Shown here: piece by piece, positions 20,726 through 29,684 of the stretch
Numbering within the stretch: the stretch's first letter is position 1
Layout of the letters: each line of letters begins with the position of its first letter
Source of the DNA: a virus
Lineage: Duplodnaviria; Caudoviricetes
Length of the DNA: 64,000 bases
Virus record (IMG/VR): IMGVR_UViG_3300031088_000782
Span: 224,001-288,000 of that record
Reading direction: 5' to 3' (one strand)
Position numbers and translations under genes: made by a program
The notes under the pieces: generated by a model
What the model saw: the letters and a program-made list of their open reading frames with translations, nothing else
Databases searched by the model: none
Told to the model about the DNA's origin: nothing

Positions 20726-21910
20726 ATGATTGAACAACTATTGTTAGAATGGAATCCCAAAAACAAATTTTCGCTCACCGAAGATAAATTAGGATCCCAT
20801 AGAAAAGCATTATGGATTTGTGGAAAAAGCCATGAATACGAATCAGCAATAAGAAATAGAGCTAATGGGTCTCAATGTCCTTATTGTAGCGGAAAACTTG
20901 CTATTGCAGGGGAAACAGACCTAAAAACAACACATCCACATTTGATTAAAGAATGGGATGTTGAGAAAAACACAATTTATCCAAACAAAGTGAAAGCAGG
21001 AAGCAACAAGAAAGTTTGGTGGAAATGCTCTCTCAATCATGAATGGGAAGCTACCCCTAACAATAGAACATCTCAAACTTCCGGTTGTCCTTATTGTAAA
21101 AATAAAAAATTATTATCAGGATACAATGATGCAAAATCTGTTTATCCTCAATATGAAGAAGAATATGATACAGATAAAAACATTGAACAATATAATAAAA
21201 TATTTTTAAACACCAAGAAGAAGTATTGGTGGATTTGCAAACTCGAACATTCTTATGAATCAGCCGGGGAGAAGAAAGTGTTAGGTGAAGGATGTCCGTA
21301 TTGCGTTAACAGAAAAATTCTCAAAGGGTTTAATGATTTGGAAAGTCAATATCCTGAACTAGCTGAACAATGGGATTATGAAAAGAACGTAAGTTTAGTG
21401 CCCTCAGAAATAATTTCAGGGTCTCATACAAGAGTTTGGTGGAAATGCAAAAATGGACATAGTTGGATTACACAAGTGGCATTTCGCGCTACTCACATAA
21501 GAAAATCGGGCTGTCCAGATTGTTCTAAACGAGTATCAAAAGGAGAACAAGAAGTAAGAAAATTTGCCGAAAATATTCTTCAAGAAAAATCCTTAAACAA
21601 CAACAGAAAAATAATAACTCCTTACGAACTTGACATATATTTCCCTGAAAAGAAAATCGCTATTGAATTTAATGGTACCTACTGGCACAGCGATATTCAA
21701 ATACGGAAATCAAGAAACATGTCAGCTGAAGATTATCACAGTCATAAAATAGACAAATGTAGAGAAAAAGACATTATTTTACTCATTGTTTGGCAAGACG
21801 ATTGGGAGAGCAATGCAGATATTGTTAAAAGAGACATTGAAAAAGCCTTGTTGAATAACAAAATTTCTTCAATGTTGAGAAAAACAATTAACGGGGAAAA
21901 AGAGGAGTAA
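20726..21910 (+). CDS. Zinc-ribbon repeat endonuclease, paralog of 1040..2428
   Basis: 4 zinc-ribbon repeats; ELDIYFPEKKIAIEFNGTYWHSD. Confidence 0.75.
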   Translation: MIEQLLLEWNPKNKFSLTEDKLGSHRKALWICGKSHEYESAIRNRANGSQCPYCSGKLAIAGETDLKTTHPHLIKEWDVEKNTIYPNKVKAGSNKKVWWKCSLNHEWEATPNNRTSQTSGCPYCKNKKLLSGYNDAKSVYPQYEEEYDTDKNIEQYNKIFLNTKKKYWWICKLEHSYESAGEKKVLGEGCPYCVNRKILKGFNDLESQYPELAEQWDYEKNVSLVPSEIISGSHTRVWWKCKNGHSWITQVAFRATHIRKSGCPDCSKRVSKGEQEVRKFAENILQEKSLNNNRKIITPYELDIYFPEKKIAIEFNGTYWHSDIQIRKSRNMSAEDYHSHKIDKCREKDIILLIVWQDDWESNADIVKRDIEKALLNNKISSMLRKTINGEKEE

Positions 21911-21911
21911 A

Positions 21912-22391
21912 ATGTCTGATAGATACGTTTATACTGCCAACATGACGAACTTCTTTTCAAGAGAATTATATATGTATAGCCTCGGTGACATTAAATTCAA
22001 AAAACCGATTTCGTTGAAAAAGGTAGCTTATACAACTGCTTTCGTAATTATTTGGACACTTCCTATTATACTTATTTTTGGAATTCAGCTTAATCCATTC
22101 TATTTTGCTATTGTGCTTTTGCCGCCTTTTGTTTTGGGTAATTTTGCTGCTAAGCCTGTATGGGGCGGTAGAGGATTAGTTGATTTTATTAAAACTTTGA
22201 GTGGATTCATTGCTGAACCTAAAGGGTGGACGGATTTGAATGCTACTAATGTATTAGATAAAGAAGTTCTATTCATTGAACAAGAAATTTGGATAAGCCG
22301 ACGAAGAGAATTGTATCTTCTTGCTCAACTGAAAGAGCAGAAAGAGCGTGAGTCTGGAAAAATCAAACCCCGAAAGAAATTGAGAAAGTGA
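21912..22391 (+). CDS. TcpE/VirB3-like conjugation membrane protein
   Basis: MTNFFSRELYMYSLGDIKFKKPIS start, two TM segments, immediately before a VirB4-like ATPase. Confidence 0.65.
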   Translation: MSDRYVYTANMTNFFSRELYMYSLGDIKFKKPISLKKVAYTTAFVIIWTLPIILIFGIQLNPFYFAIVLLPPFVLGNFAAKPVWGGRGLVDFIKTLSGFIAEPKGWTDLNATNVLDKEVLFIEQEIWISRRRELYLLAQLKEQKERESGKIKPRKKLRK

Positions 22392-22397
22392 TAAAGC

Positions 22398-23594
22398 ATG
22401 GCAAACAAGTTTAATTATTCAACAAGTATGTTTATTGGAACTACGACTAATGGTATTGAAATGCCTGTATTCTTTGATACTCATACTCCTATCTTCAACA
22501 ACAACCCGCCTGGAATACTTATTACAGGTCAACCGGGTTCTGGTAAAACATTCTTGGCTATGACTTTGACAGCTATTTGTGCAATTATTGGAAAAATCAC
22601 AGTAGTGCTTGACCCTAAAGGTGATTTTCTTGCTCTCAATGAAATTAAAGAAGATGTTGGAGATATAAGTTTCTGGAATCTGGCAGATAGGAGACAAAAG
22701 GGAATATTAGATCCTTTTTATATGGCTGATGATAAGGGTGATCAATTGGATCTTGTTCTCAGTGTTATTGACATGTTTGTGGGAGGTTTGACTGGCGATC
22801 AGTTGACTCACCTTTCTCCTGTTGTCAAAGATGTTCAAGAAATGCATGTTCCCTCTCTTTTGGCGGTTACGGATGCTTTACAGACTTCGCCTCATTCAAT
22901 AGCTAGAAATTTGGGAGCGCATTTGGATCTTGTTAGAAGATTACCTTTTGCTGATTTGTGTTTCGCACCTGGTTCAAGGAAGAGAAAAAACGTTAAGTTT
23001 GATAGTGGTGTTACTGTTATTACATTGATTGGTCTTGAACTTACTCCTGAGTCGGACAATAATAATGTCAGCCAAACTAACGCAAATAAGAAACGACTTT
23101 CTTCAGCTATTTTCTTTCTTTTGACAGACTTTATTCGAAGAATCATGTACAATGATACTTCTGATAGTCCAAAAACTTTAATTATTGACGAAGCATGGGC
23201 TGTTTTATCTACCCCTGCTGGTGCTGAATGCATTAAATCGGTTGCCCGTCTTGGTCGTTCTAAGCGCCTTGCTATGATTCTTGTTACTCAAAACAATTCA
23301 GATGTGAAAAAGATGAGTATTGAAAACACAATTACAACACGTTTTGCTTTTAAAACAGATCCAACTGAGGCTTCTGACATTGTTGAAGGTATGCAGCTTC
23401 CTATTGGGGAAAGTTTTGAGAATGCTCTTATAGGTTTGAATAATGGAGAATGCCTGTTCAAGGACTTCCAGGGGCGTTATTCTACTATACAGATCAGCGA
23501 TTGGCGTAGAAGCTGGACTGAAGCGTTTGAAACTAATCCTCTTGAAAAAATGCGAGCACAAAAGAAAAAACAAGCGTTGGCAAAGAATAAGTAG
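22398..23594 (+). CDS. Short VirB4/TcpF-like conjugation ATPase (AAA_10-like)
   Basis: Walker A GQPGSGKT, VVLDPKGD, Walker B IIDEAW, RLGRSK..LVTQN. Confidence 0.8.
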   Translation: MANKFNYSTSMFIGTTTNGIEMPVFFDTHTPIFNNNPPGILITGQPGSGKTFLAMTLTAICAIIGKITVVLDPKGDFLALNEIKEDVGDISFWNLADRRQKGILDPFYMADDKGDQLDLVLSVIDMFVGGLTGDQLTHLSPVVKDVQEMHVPSLLAVTDALQTSPHSIARNLGAHLDLVRRLPFADLCFAPGSRKRKNVKFDSGVTVITLIGLELTPESDNNNVSQTNANKKRLSSAIFFLLTDFIRRIMYNDTSDSPKTLIIDEAWAVLSTPAGAECIKSVARLGRSKRLAMILVTQNNSDVKKMSIENTITTRFAFKTDPTEASDIVEGMQLPIGESFENALIGLNNGECLFKDFQGRYSTIQISDWRRSWTEAFETNPLEKMRAQKKKQALAKNK

Positions 23595-23598
23595 ATTC

Positions 23599-23605
23599 TG
23601 ATATT
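23599..23605 (+). promoter_or_regulatory. YTGATATT box upstream of cpaB
   Basis: cTGATATT 73 nt before ATG 23672. Confidence 0.45.
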
Positions 23606-23671
23606 CCTTTATGGAACAAGAACCACAACTACCACTTTATAGCTATTTTATGTAGGAAGGAATTGCTGAGT

Positions 23672-24565
23672 ATGGCATCTAAAGGAAAGAAAGGTCTGAA
23701 AAGTAACGGACTGATTCTCATAGCAATAGGCGTAGTATCTCTTATTCTGTTTGGAGTCGTTTTCTCAGTAGCTTCGAAACTATTTCAGACAGAAACATAT
23801 TACGTTCTTAAACAAGACGTTCCGACGAGAACACAGGTAACAGAAGAAATGCTTGAACCTGTTGTTACATCTGAGGGAACAGCACCAGAAGCAGCTATCG
23901 GTTTAGCTGACGTTCAGACAGGAAATGTTTACACCCAATACCCACTTCTGTCAGGAGATATTCTTACTATGTCTAATGTTGGAGCAATGGAAGACATTTC
24001 TGTTGGTATTCCTGATACTTGGGTTATCACAAACTTCTCAGTAAACGCGGATGATGCTGTTGGCGGAAGAATCCAAAGAGGAACATATTTTGACATTATG
24101 GTCACATCCGATGATGGTTCATTCTATCCTTTTGTCAATGTTCTTGCACTTGACACAACAGTAGATCTCAGCAATGCATCCTCTTCTGAAGCTGCTGATT
24201 CCGAAGAGGCACATGAAGGACAAACCTCACAATATGTTGTTGGTATGTCTCCTGAAAATGCCGCTAAATTACAAAACATTGTCAAAAAGTACAACAATGA
24301 CATCAAACTCGTTCTTTCACCAAGACAGAATGAATACGAGAAACCACAACTTGCTTCTTACAGCGGTAACTTCAAGTTTGCATCAGGTGACGAAACTATT
24401 GCACCAGGACAAGGTGAAGATGGAGAGCAAACTGACTACACATTCACTGATGTTGAACGTGATGCATTCGGAAGACCAGTTGAGAAACTTGAAAACTGTT
24501 CATCAGGAAACTCAAAGGTTGCTGGTGAAGATTGTAAAGACAGTGAAACACAATCTGATGAGTAA
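23672..24565 (+). CDS. cpaB: Flp pilus assembly protein CpaB/RcpC (SAF domain)
   Basis: N-terminal TM, SAF-like YYVLKQDVP, AVGGRIQRGTYFDI, VLALD, VVGMSPENA. Confidence 0.8.
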   Translation: MASKGKKGLKSNGLILIAIGVVSLILFGVVFSVASKLFQTETYYVLKQDVPTRTQVTEEMLEPVVTSEGTAPEAAIGLADVQTGNVYTQYPLLSGDILTMSNVGAMEDISVGIPDTWVITNFSVNADDAVGGRIQRGTYFDIMVTSDDGSFYPFVNVLALDTTVDLSNASSSEAADSEEAHEGQTSQYVVGMSPENAAKLQNIVKKYNNDIKLVLSPRQNEYEKPQLASYSGNFKFASGDETIAPGQGEDGEQTDYTFTDVERDAFGRPVEKLENCSSGNSKVAGEDCKDSETQSDE

Positions 24566-24584
24566 TAGTTTAGATTAAGCAATA

Positions 24585-24637
24585 AAAACCATAGGGCTGT
24601 AGTAGGTTTGGAAACATTCATACAGCCCTATGGTTTT
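24585..24637. terminator. Hairpin terminator
   Basis: AAAACCATAGGGCTGTA / TACAGCCCTATGGTTTT. Confidence 0.7.
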
Positions 24638-24654
24638 GTCTGAAAATACTATTC

Positions 24655-24661
24655 TGATATT
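24655..24661 (+). promoter_or_regulatory. YTGATATT box upstream of cpaE-like gene
   Basis: cTGATATT 132 nt before ATG 24787. Confidence 0.45.
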
Positions 24662-24786
24662 AAAACATGGAAGCGTGAAAACTTCTAAATGAAAACCAAA
24701 AATAATTATTTCTTCGTCTACCACCACGAAGAAGAGGGTAAGATTATTCAGTAGATCACCCAACTTCTGAAAGAAAAGGGAAAAAC

Positions 24787-26142
24787 ATGCCAGTACGTCC
24801 AAAAGCAATATTTGTAGGGCCAGCAAAGCTTGGCGAACATTTAGAGAAATTGAGAAAAGGCTGGGACTTCGTTAGCATTGTGCCAGATATCGCAAGTCTT
24901 TGGAACGGCCTCAACAACCAGACTATTGATGACAATGTTCAGGTAATAATAACCTTAGACGGATTCTTCAAACCAGATTCGGAAGAAGATTCATCATTTG
25001 AGCAGTTAGTTGCCATGATGTCCCCCCATTGTTTCTTCTTAATTGTGTCTTATATGCCAGAATACGAAAGCCAAATGAGATCAAGAATCAGCTCAGAGTC
25101 TCATGCTGTCGGAAATGGTGGAAATGAAGAATACTTTTTCGTTGACCCAAAACGTCCCAACCTGACAATCGACAGAGCACTTGCAGAATATATTAAAAAC
25201 ACTGAAAACAAAGAAGTAGCCGCTATTCTTGATGGAAGAGAAATAGAGCAAGATCCCGCTACACAAGAACTGCAAGAAGTTCAACCAGCTCCTGTAGCCA
25301 CAGATTATAACTTTGATGACATTGAAAGTGACAAGTTGGGACAGGTTGTTGCTATCACATCAAGTAAAGGTGGATCCGGCAAGTCTACTGTTGCAACAAC
25401 CTTAGCAACATATTTAGCTCATTCTTCAATCAACTCCGTTAAAGAAGGACTAGAAGAAAAGCCACTCAAAATCTGTATTCTCGACTTGGACGTTAGGGAC
25501 GGTCAGATTGGATTCTTAACAGGAAACCTTCAGCCTACAGTTCTTCATATGAGATCGCATGGTATTGATCCTCAAACTCTCAGTGAAACAATCATTTACA
25601 GTGAAAGACTGAAAGTAGATTTGCTATTAGCACCTAAAAGACCAAGACTTTCAGATGATACTCCAGCTGAATTCTACTTAGAACTTATTCAATTTTTGAA
25701 ACGATTCTATGATTATGTCATTTTGGATACTTCTGTGAACTATCTTGATCCATTATTGGAGAAAGTTGCTTATCCGATTGCAGATCAAATTATTTTCGTT
25801 TCAGACATTGTTGTTCATTCTGTTTATTCAATGACACGATGGATTCAAGAGGTTACAAAACCTAAGAGTCAGCAGGGAATGGGAATAGACAAAAAGAAAA
25901 TCGGTATTGTTGTCAATAAATCAATGGCGAACATCAGCATGTCAGGCGAAAAAATCGCTAAAAGTGCACTTGGTCTCCCAGTTCTGACAGTTATACCAAA
26001 CAACGCTAAACTTTTGGCACACGCAGCTAACCTTCAGTCAATGGAGCAAGTTCTGAGACATGCAGATATCAAAAACTCTATCAGGCTATTAGCGCGTCGT
26101 ATCGTCGGTAAAAAATATAAACTTACTGATAACGTGTCATAA
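24787..26142 (+). CDS. CpaE/TadZ-like MinD/ParA-family ATPase with N-terminal receiver-like domain
   Basis: Deviant Walker A SSKGGSGKST, ILDLD, YVILDTS, IGIVVNKS. Confidence 0.8.
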   Translation: MPVRPKAIFVGPAKLGEHLEKLRKGWDFVSIVPDIASLWNGLNNQTIDDNVQVIITLDGFFKPDSEEDSSFEQLVAMMSPHCFFLIVSYMPEYESQMRSRISSESHAVGNGGNEEYFFVDPKRPNLTIDRALAEYIKNTENKEVAAILDGREIEQDPATQELQEVQPAPVATDYNFDDIESDKLGQVVAITSSKGGSGKSTVATTLATYLAHSSINSVKEGLEEKPLKICILDLDVRDGQIGFLTGNLQPTVLHMRSHGIDPQTLSETIIYSERLKVDLLLAPKRPRLSDDTPAEFYLELIQFLKRFYDYVILDTSVNYLDPLLEKVAYPIADQIIFVSDIVVHSVYSMTRWIQEVTKPKSQQGMGIDKKKIGIVVNKSMANISMSGEKIAKSALGLPVLTVIPNNAKLLAHAANLQSMEQVLRHADIKNSIRLLARRIVGKKYKLTDNVS

Positions 26143-26175
26143 CAGATTTTCCCTCTTAACGGGCGGAAAAACACA

Positions 26176-26224
26176 CAACACAGGTTCCTAGTGGTAGGGG
26201 AGCCTGTGTTGTTTTTTTTTATTC
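26176..26224 (+). terminator. Intrinsic terminator
   Basis: CAACACAGGTTCC / GGAGCCTGTGTTG followed by a T-run. Confidence 0.75.
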
Positions 26225-26315
26225 CCTCTTTTATCAACACCAGTAGACAAAATTTTATAAACATTATAGAAAGCACTTATAAGGCACAGAGACATTCTAC
26301 AAAAGGACAGCTGAC

Positions 26316-27524
26316 ATGGGCAAATTTCACATTAATGACAAAGATGAAGTAAAACCATGTAAAGCAACTATCAAAAAATGTAAATTTGGAGATAAGAAAC
26401 ATTTTTCAACAATTCATGAAGCAGAACAAGAATTAGTAGAAAATTTTAACAATAAAACTATAAAAACTCTATCAAAGATCAAACCTGACACTTTATCTGC
26501 AAACATCAGTAAAAACTACTCTCATTTGTCAATAATCTTCGACCACATGCACAACAGCGGCCACACAGGAAACGAACTTGAACAGTACTATTACAATTCC
26601 CCTGCTGGAAGGTTAGAACTTGAAAGAAGAACAGGAAAAGGGAATAACATAGACAAAACTTATATAAAAATAAAAGAAATAATTGACGATCCTGAATTCC
26701 AACCAATTGACACAAAAATTAACGAAAACAAACTTAATGAATCAATTCAAACAGGTTATGAAAGTTTTTCTGAAAAGTTTGGCGAAAAAGACAAAGAATT
26801 AGATTACGAATACAGCGATATTGATCCTAAAACAAATGAAATGAGACATGCTTTAGTGGAAGAATCTCACAAGTGGTATCTTAATCTTTCAACAGAACAG
26901 CAGGAAGCTATTTCCGAACTTACATCATCAGGATTTGAAAAACTTCAATATGCTCATGGAATCAAAACAAATTCACCAGCAAATTTTATTTTTGACACAG
27001 ACATAGATATAGATGAATTTTATGAAACTTATGATGGAAATGATTTTAAAGAAGAACTCAATAGAAGATTCTCATCAATAGGAGATGAATACAAGAAAAA
27101 TATTGATGAAGCTTTTAAACATACCCCCAAACTTGAAAAACCTATCATAACATACCGAGGAACAAGTTTAGAAGAAATCAAAGAAATAGCAGGATTCGAT
27201 TCAGAAACAGATGACAAACAATTCACAGAAAAAATGTTAAATGGAGAACTCGATAATCAGAATATTAGTGAAAAATCTAGATTAGCTAATTTACCTATTT
27301 CTTCAACAGTTTCAACAAACATTGCTAAAAGATTCGGTAAAGGAATATATTTAGAAATTAAACGTCACACATCAAGCAGTCCTGTATTGAACAGCGCATG
27401 GGGAAGCTACGAACAAGAATTTTTGACAAACCCGAACAGTAAATACAAAATAATCGAAGCAGTAGAAAGTCAAAATAAAAGAGACAAAGGATTGATCGTT
27501 CGAATAGAAGAAATAGCTAATTGA
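26316..27524 (+). CDS. HIN-C-C-H leader protein B: ADP-ribosyltransferase (R-S-E clade, VIP2/exotoxin-like)
   Basis: Leader MGKFHINDKDEVKPCKATIKKCKFGDKKHF; C-terminal ITYRG, ISSTVS, YEQEFL. Confidence 0.8.
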   Translation: MGKFHINDKDEVKPCKATIKKCKFGDKKHFSTIHEAEQELVENFNNKTIKTLSKIKPDTLSANISKNYSHLSIIFDHMHNSGHTGNELEQYYYNSPAGRLELERRTGKGNNIDKTYIKIKEIIDDPEFQPIDTKINENKLNESIQTGYESFSEKFGEKDKELDYEYSDIDPKTNEMRHALVEESHKWYLNLSTEQQEAISELTSSGFEKLQYAHGIKTNSPANFIFDTDIDIDEFYETYDGNDFKEELNRRFSSIGDEYKKNIDEAFKHTPKLEKPIITYRGTSLEEIKEIAGFDSETDDKQFTEKMLNGELDNQNISEKSRLANLPISSTVSTNIAKRFGKGIYLEIKRHTSSSPVLNSAWGSYEQEFLTNPNSKYKIIEAVESQNKRDKGLIVRIEEIAN

Positions 27525-27572
27525 ATAAAAACTATCCTAATTTTTAAAATTAAATAATTTTTTAGAATAATT

Positions 27573-27635
27573 AAAATAGAGCAGATAGACATTAGAAGAA
27601 TAATAATCCTTCACAACGCTCATCTGCTCTATTTT
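27573..27635. terminator. Hairpin between convergent genes
   Basis: AAAATAGAGCAGAT / ATCTGCTCTATTTT with a 35-nt loop. Confidence 0.55.
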
Positions 27636-27839
27636 TAATGGTTTTTAGGGAATTTTTAAATTCTTAAAACTCATTCTCTAACGGCATTCAAAAACGCCGC
27701 ATAAAACCTTGCTTATTTCAGGTATAAAAAGGTTATTTTTAAAGGGATTTTCTAAAAACCTTATTTTCCCTATCCCGGTACTAAAAACAGAAAAATTTCT
27801 CTCAAAATTCATTATGGAACTTTCAGCAAAATAAATTCT

Positions 27840-29474
27840 TCAATTGTCCATTTCATTTTCAAGCATCAAAGGAAGCATCAGAACAGGATTGATCTCAGCG
27901 TCAAAAAGATCACTGTCCAGAGCATTATGCCATTCTTGGAAGCTCGGGAAAGTTTCAATAGATAAAATATACATCATATTAAAAAATTCAACACATGATT
28001 TAAACCATTCATCACTGTTATCTTTAGACAAAATTTTAATAAAAATATCCAAACTATTATCAATATTGCTTGCCATGCTTCCAAAAACAACATTCTTCAT
28101 ATTTTCTTTACTCTGATAATTTAAAATAAAATCATCTTTAAAGCTCATATCTTTTCTATTAGAGTAGTTAACATAAGAAAAGCTAATAGTTTTGTCATCA
28201 TTTATCTTCTGTTTTTTAATACTGACGAAATTATAAAGAAAAACAAGATTAAATACATTATAAAGATCCTCAGCAGAAACACAGTCCTTCTTTCTATATA
28301 TCTCTTTCAGAAATCTCACAGCTAAAAAAGAATAATTCTCATCATGAAAATAATCAAGATCGTGCTTTTTAAAATATTTATTAAACTTGTTATAGATCTC
28401 TTTCAATTCAGAAATAACCTTCTCTTTATTTAAATCTGCATCAAAATACATCAAAGCCCACACAGCGTGCCTAGTCCAGTCAAAATGAGAACTGTAACTA
28501 CCGCGCTCAAAGAAATCAAACGCAAACATCTCCTTACTAGAAAGATAAATACTCGAATCAACATACATATGTTCAACCATTTCAATAAAACTATCAAACA
28601 TATTATTATCTTCTTTATTTTCGTATGCATCTACACGACTACGAAACCAAACAATCTCTTCATAAGCTTTCTCATTAAAACGAGAAACGGCTTTATCCAA
28701 ATCAATACGAGAAAGTTCAGAAAATGATTCACAAAACTTTAACAAAAAATTTCGTGAATAATTACTATCTGCAGGCTTAAACCCATAACCAATATAACGA
28801 CTCAAACGCTCAAGAGAAGAAGTAATAAAATAAAAGCCATCTGCATTTTCTTTTGAGAGATTTGGAACAAGAAGCCGATTATTCAAATGATCATAATAAT
28901 CTTTGTAATAGACACAAGAATAAGATTTTTTCGAATCTTCTACATAATCAACAGTAAAGTTTTCGCCAACAAAATCTTTGTCAATGATTCCTTTAACCAA
29001 AGCGAACTGAGTGACAGTATAATCAAAATCTGAAAGTATAGCCTCCGGAGATCCAAAATTTTTGCGCACCAAATCAATTGTCACATTATAAAAATAATCA
29101 TAGAACCCAATAGAATTTTCCGTGTCATATTTTTTCTCAAAACCAGGTCTTTCACTAAATAATTTAACAGCATCATTGAAATCCTCTTCGCTCTCAAAGA
29201 AAACATCAATATCCTTAATAGCTCTACTTGTCAAATAATCCTTAAAAACGCCTCCAGCAATAAAACCTTTATGCCCATCAAGAATGCTCTCAGCAAAAGC
29301 ACTCACAAACTTCTGCAAATCTTCTTCTTTATCATTATCTGTTGTAGCATTATCGGTGTCGGTGTTTCGTTCTACAAGAATTTCAGAGTTATCTTCAGAA
29401 ATTACTGAAGTACTGAAAGAACAATTCGCATTCACAACAACAGAATTCACTCCATAAGACAAGATAGCCTCCAC
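27840..29474 (-). CDS. Class II-like nucleotidyltransferase (CCA-adding/poly(A) polymerase head) with unknown C-terminal half
   Basis: FIAGGVFKDYL..KDIDVFF, IDLV, SDFDYTVTQFA. Confidence 0.7.
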   Translation of the reverse strand: MEAILSYGVNSVVVNANCSFSTSVISEDNSEILVERNTDTDNATTDNDKEEDLQKFVSAFAESILDGHKGFIAGGVFKDYLTSRAIKDIDVFFESEEDFNDAVKLFSERPGFEKKYDTENSIGFYDYFYNVTIDLVRKNFGSPEAILSDFDYTVTQFALVKGIIDKDFVGENFTVDYVEDSKKSYSCVYYKDYYDHLNNRLLVPNLSKENADGFYFITSSLERLSRYIGYGFKPADSNYSRNFLLKFCESFSELSRIDLDKAVSRFNEKAYEEIVWFRSRVDAYENKEDNNMFDSFIEMVEHMYVDSSIYLSSKEMFAFDFFERGSYSSHFDWTRHAVWALMYFDADLNKEKVISELKEIYNKFNKYFKKHDLDYFHDENYSFLAVRFLKEIYRKKDCVSAEDLYNVFNLVFLYNFVSIKKQKINDDKTISFSYVNYSNRKDMSFKDDFILNYQSKENMKNVVFGSMASNIDNSLDIFIKILSKDNSDEWFKSCVEFFNMMYILSIETFPSFQEWHNALDSDLFDAEINPVLMLPLMLENEMDN

Positions 29475-29624
29475 AATTTCTAAAAATATCTCACAAAAAC
29501 TTATACAAAAACAATCCTATCATAGAACACAATCAAAGTCAATGACAGTATTCCCAACTTAATCATTTATCCTTTTGATTGTATTCTTGAACAAACTATC
29601 ATTTCAACAAATAATAAAAATAGA

Positions 29625-29668
29625 AAAGTCCATAAGGTATATTATTCGTTATATACCTTATGGACTTT
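29625..29668 (-). terminator. Hairpin terminator after pilT
   Basis: AAAGTCCATAAGGTATA / TATACCTTATGGACTTT. Confidence 0.7.
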
Positions 29669-29684
29669 ATTTTTCTAAAAACAT

